Source of the DNA: Candidatus Poribacteria bacterium
Lineage (GTDB): Bacteria; Poribacteria; WGA-4E; WGA-3G
DNA length: 64,000 nt
Direction of reading: 5' to 3'
Assembly: GCA_964291315.2 (NCBI GenBank)
Contig: OZ219752.1
Location: 192,001 to 256,000, forward strand
The position numbers and the translations under genes are program-made. Under the pieces are notes generated by a model. That model had not been told where the DNA came from, did no database searches, and saw only the letters and a list, made by a program, of their open reading frames with translations. Shown piece by piece: positions 61,115 through 64,000 of the stretch (the stretch's first letter is position 1; every line of letters begins with the position of its first letter).

Positions 61115-63127
61115 CTAATCTTCGTCTGGAGGCACGATATCATAAATGAACCATATACCTTCCACTTTTCGCATTTTGACAGATGCCTCTGGAGGAGATA
61201 ACATCTGTGGCAACTTCAACCGGAAATGGAATTCATCCCCTACATGTTGATGGTTCAATACCTCCACCTCGCTGAACGCCAGACTGAGCTGCTCGCGCGA
61301 CTCTTCTGGGATGTCCTGACTTGCAAGCTCTTCCATGGCACGCCCTATTACCATTGGGTGCAGCGCATCTGAGTCAAGATTCTTAAGTGCTGTCACGAAA
61401 GCGTTCATCAAATCTTCTGCAGATTTGTATGAATGGGTTGGAGCTTCTTCTTTCCAATCCTGCATCTGCCCCGGTTCAACAGAGATTTCTGCCAGAAAAC
61501 CGTTGATGTTCCGTTGCTCGTTGAACCAGCTACCGGTAACCCCCAACTTAAAGGACTGCCCCTGCGGAAAATAATACTCAATGACGCGTCTATCTTCAGA
61601 TGGAACGTCCCATGCAGAGATAAGCGCCCCTTGTGGCGCTCCTTTCGTAGGGAGTTTGCTATTGCCATCATACAGATCAAATGACCCCATGGCTCCGGCA
61701 TCTCCAACTTGGAGTGAGATAGTGAGCCAACCGCCGTTTTCAAATGCTGTCGCATCAATCTCGACAACAGTATAGTCTTGATAGCCGGGTTCTGGAGTCC
61801 GAAAGGTACTCAAGACTTTCTGCTCCGGATTGTCGTTGGTAAGTACGAGTTTCAAAACGTTGGTCTTTGGGTCATCTGCTTTAAGAACAGAATCCCAATC
61901 GATGGACAAAGGTACCGAGGTATCTTCACGGAGTCCCGGGCGTTTGCCCGCTAAAGATCTCTTAAGAAACATTCTGTAGTGTTCATTGGGCTGCAGCCTG
62001 CTTAGTTCATTGGTCGGCAGCCTGCCCATCAGTTCAAGCTTTGGTGAGATAACCATCGAATCTGACGGGGAGTGCTCCTTCCAACCTTTCATGATCACTT
62101 GGATCAGTGGGTGCGTTTTGTCAAACTGCTCGAACCCCTGATGAAATCTCTTTTCAACGTATGCTTGCTGTTCGGGTGTGCGTTCTAATGTGACATTCGA
62201 CACCCAGATGTTGATGAAATTTTCGTTCAAGAATTCAATAATTCGGTTATTGGAGAGGACACCTGCCCTCAGGCTTTTGCCGCTCCCTCAGCACGCCTCA
62301 TCCGCAAGGGGACCGTCTAAAGAGATGGCGTGAATAGGTTTCACTTGCGTCTGTGCCATCTCCAATGCCTCTTCCGGGGATGTCCAATTAATCTGTTGTG
62401 ACTTGTAGAACCGTTGTATGAGTAGACGTTCAGCTGCTTCTTGGGTAATAGATTCTACGTATTCGACATCTGGCAGGAAATCTCTCGTCCCGGCACGGAG
62501 TGCCATCTCGGAGCAAAAACCTGAATCGGTGCCGAAGTAATTTTTGTCTTTCTCTTTCTCGCGTTTAACATCAAAGTTTACTATGCCTCCGGGGACGTAC
62601 ATCTCGAAAAAAACGACTTTCTCTTCGACTCGGTCAATCACAAGATGTCCTGTAAATTGCGAAGGAGTAAACCGTCCATCTTTTAGTTTGAACTCCGCAT
62701 GAATGCGAAACACAATGTCAGCGAATCTGTCGTTGTAAGCACGCAGGCATGCCCATAAGCCAGATGAGTCTCCCGAGAGCTGTAAGTTTGGATTTGGGTG
62801 CAGTTGCCTGAGCAGGGTCATCACGCCTTCTTCTTTAACTTGCCAGAGTTCGCCAACCGCAATTGTCTTATCAGGCAGAAAATCTTGGAAAACCGAGGCT
62901 GGATACTGCTTTTCTGGTTCAGCAACGCGCAAGTTTGCCAAGGTCTCCCAATTCACGTGGAAATTGAACACGGTATGCTCGATCGGTGCAATGGACCCCT
63001 TCACTAATACCTCTGACGTGCTGTCAAGCTCAAGTTTGATTGTGTTATTAGCTGCCGAGTGGTTATCGGCATTCAGTTGTCCGTTCATCATAATCAAGGT
63101 CAGAAAACCGAAGGCTAAGATTTTCAT
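61115..63127 (-). CDS. Selenoprotein N (SELENON)-like secreted selenoprotein, 670 aa, Sec at codon 280 (TGA at 62288-62290)
   Basis: AGGAGG RBS and signal peptide; FRIHAEF, FTPSQFTGH and GPLADEAC-U-GSGKSLR...LNENFINIW match SelN FRIHAEF, FSPAQFTGH and [16 protein letters not shown]...LNESFISTW; the two track ORFs are in frame with no other stop. Confidence 0.88.
62255..62287 (-). promoter_or_regulatory. Putative bacterial SECIS element
   Basis: 17 nt after the UGA: stem GAGGGC-[AGGU]-GUCCUC with a G-containing apical loop starting after 23 nt. Confidence 0.7.
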
Positions 63128-63149
63128 TTTCAAGCCTCCTTGTAAAACG

Positions 63150-63244
63150 TTCTCGTTAAGGATCAGTGTTGGAATAATACCACGAATACCACTTCTATCG
63201 ATAGATAAAACAGTTCCTCTTATTTTCTTTCGATCATTGGTCAT
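63150..63244 (-). pseudogene. Relic 5' end of a patatin-like phospholipase
   Basis: AGGAG RBS then MTNDRKKIRGTVLSIDRSGIRGIIPTLIL, resembling the patatin (V/I)LSIDGGGIRGIIP motif. Confidence 0.6.
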
Positions 63245-63510
63245 TTTGAAACTTCTCCTATTACGTTCGGGTGCTGCTATGCACTACGCAACCTTCGGAC
63301 GACGGATGAGACAGTACAGTATTGCCCCCTATTTTAGCGCTCGGATAGGTATCCACTTATGCGCTTTGACGGCGGTAAAAGAGATTGGGGCGTGCCCCAA
63401 TATGGCAACACAGATAGCCTGCAACGTGCAAGGCACGCACAGGCGCGGAAAAACCACAACAGCAGCAAACACTGACGCTGTTTGGTGAATAAATATGTGA
63501 ATTGAAATAC

Positions 63511-63660
63511 TTATCTTATGTAAATGGGGGGTAGGTAGTCTGTTAACTTATAGATAACAGGACGCTGACTACGGAAAAGCACGCGGCGACAGCACACAGG
63601 CCGCAGAAGGACATCTGAAGCCTCTTTACTCATCCCGAAATCCATATGAAAATACAGCAT
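63511..63660 (-). CDS. Putative leader peptide (uORF, 49 aa)
   Basis: MLYFHMDFGMSKEASDVLLRPVCCRRVLFRSQRPVIYKLTDYLPPIYIR*; paralog of 31086..31244. Confidence 0.5.
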   Translation of the reverse strand: MLYFHMDFGMSKEASDVLLRPVCCRRVLFRSQRPVIYKLTDYLPPIYIR

Positions 63661-63715
63661 TGTTTCTACCTCTATATCAAAACTGAAATATTGATAAACG
63701 CTTTAGATAATGTTA

Positions 63716-63746
63716 ATTATACACCTATTTTAATTTTTTTTGTCAA
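63716..63746 (-). promoter_or_regulatory. Sigma-70-like promoter upstream of the leader / SelN-like locus
   Basis: TTGACA-19 nt-TATAAT with a TG extension; homologous to 30404-30432. Confidence 0.55.
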
Positions 63747-63827
63747 CTTTTTTCCAAAAAAATAGAAAAATTATATTGTGCTTGCGCGAATCTAAAAAAG
63801 ACTAGGGGTTACGCGTGGAGCTCTTTT

Positions 63828-63851
63828 GTAACATAACCTGTTAGGTTGTGC
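63828..63851 (+). repeat. REP-like palindrome
   Basis: GTAACATAACCTGTTAGGTTGTGC. Confidence 0.7.
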
Positions 63852-64000
63852 AATGGCTCCGCTCGTTTTTTCGCAGTTTCCGTAGTTAAAAGATCGTTCT
63901 ATGCTCAAAGATGCATAAGTGCTATTGAGAACACTTAAATACCCAATCCTTTCTGCAAATTCCGAAATAGTTAAGTAGTTTTGCGGGGAGTGTGCTACGT

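Noticed and set aside
62964-63488. Plus-strand 174-aa ORF
   Set aside because: Antisense to the SelN-like gene start and leader; no recognisable features.

Overview
Bacterial chromosomal window, probably from Candidatus Poribacteria or a relative (inferred from the LPNYPNPFNPETWIPY C-terminal Ig domain, the FGE-sulfatase paralog array, a sulfatase, GH32 and many lineage-specific membrane-anchored orphans). The core block contains 9 tRNAs, tilS-hpt, tadA, a large SRP RNA followed by dnaX-ybaB-recR, mnmG-rsmG, a partner-switching (Rsb-like) signalling operon, galK and an ROK kinase. Accessory blocks include a HindVP-like type II R-M pair, arrays of orphan secreted or anchored proteins with Cys-rich peptides, an FGE-sulfatase array and dispersed REP/MITE elements. 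Main finding: the two last minus-strand ORFs (62288..63244 and 61115..62230) are one gene interrupted by an in-frame UGA in the context DEAC-U-GSGKSLR, with a SECIS-like hairpin just downstream. It appears to be a secreted bacterial homolog of animal Selenoprotein N (SELENON). Other notable signals: a conserved ~260-bp leader with an unannotated Cys-Cys uORF and terminator-like hairpin, present upstream of both the SelN-like gene and the FGE array; DGR-like variable regions in the FGE paralogs; and tadA and tilS each placed directly behind an anticodon-matched tRNA (the tilS one may be Ile2 or elongator Met). All homology calls are from motif recognition; no database searches were run.
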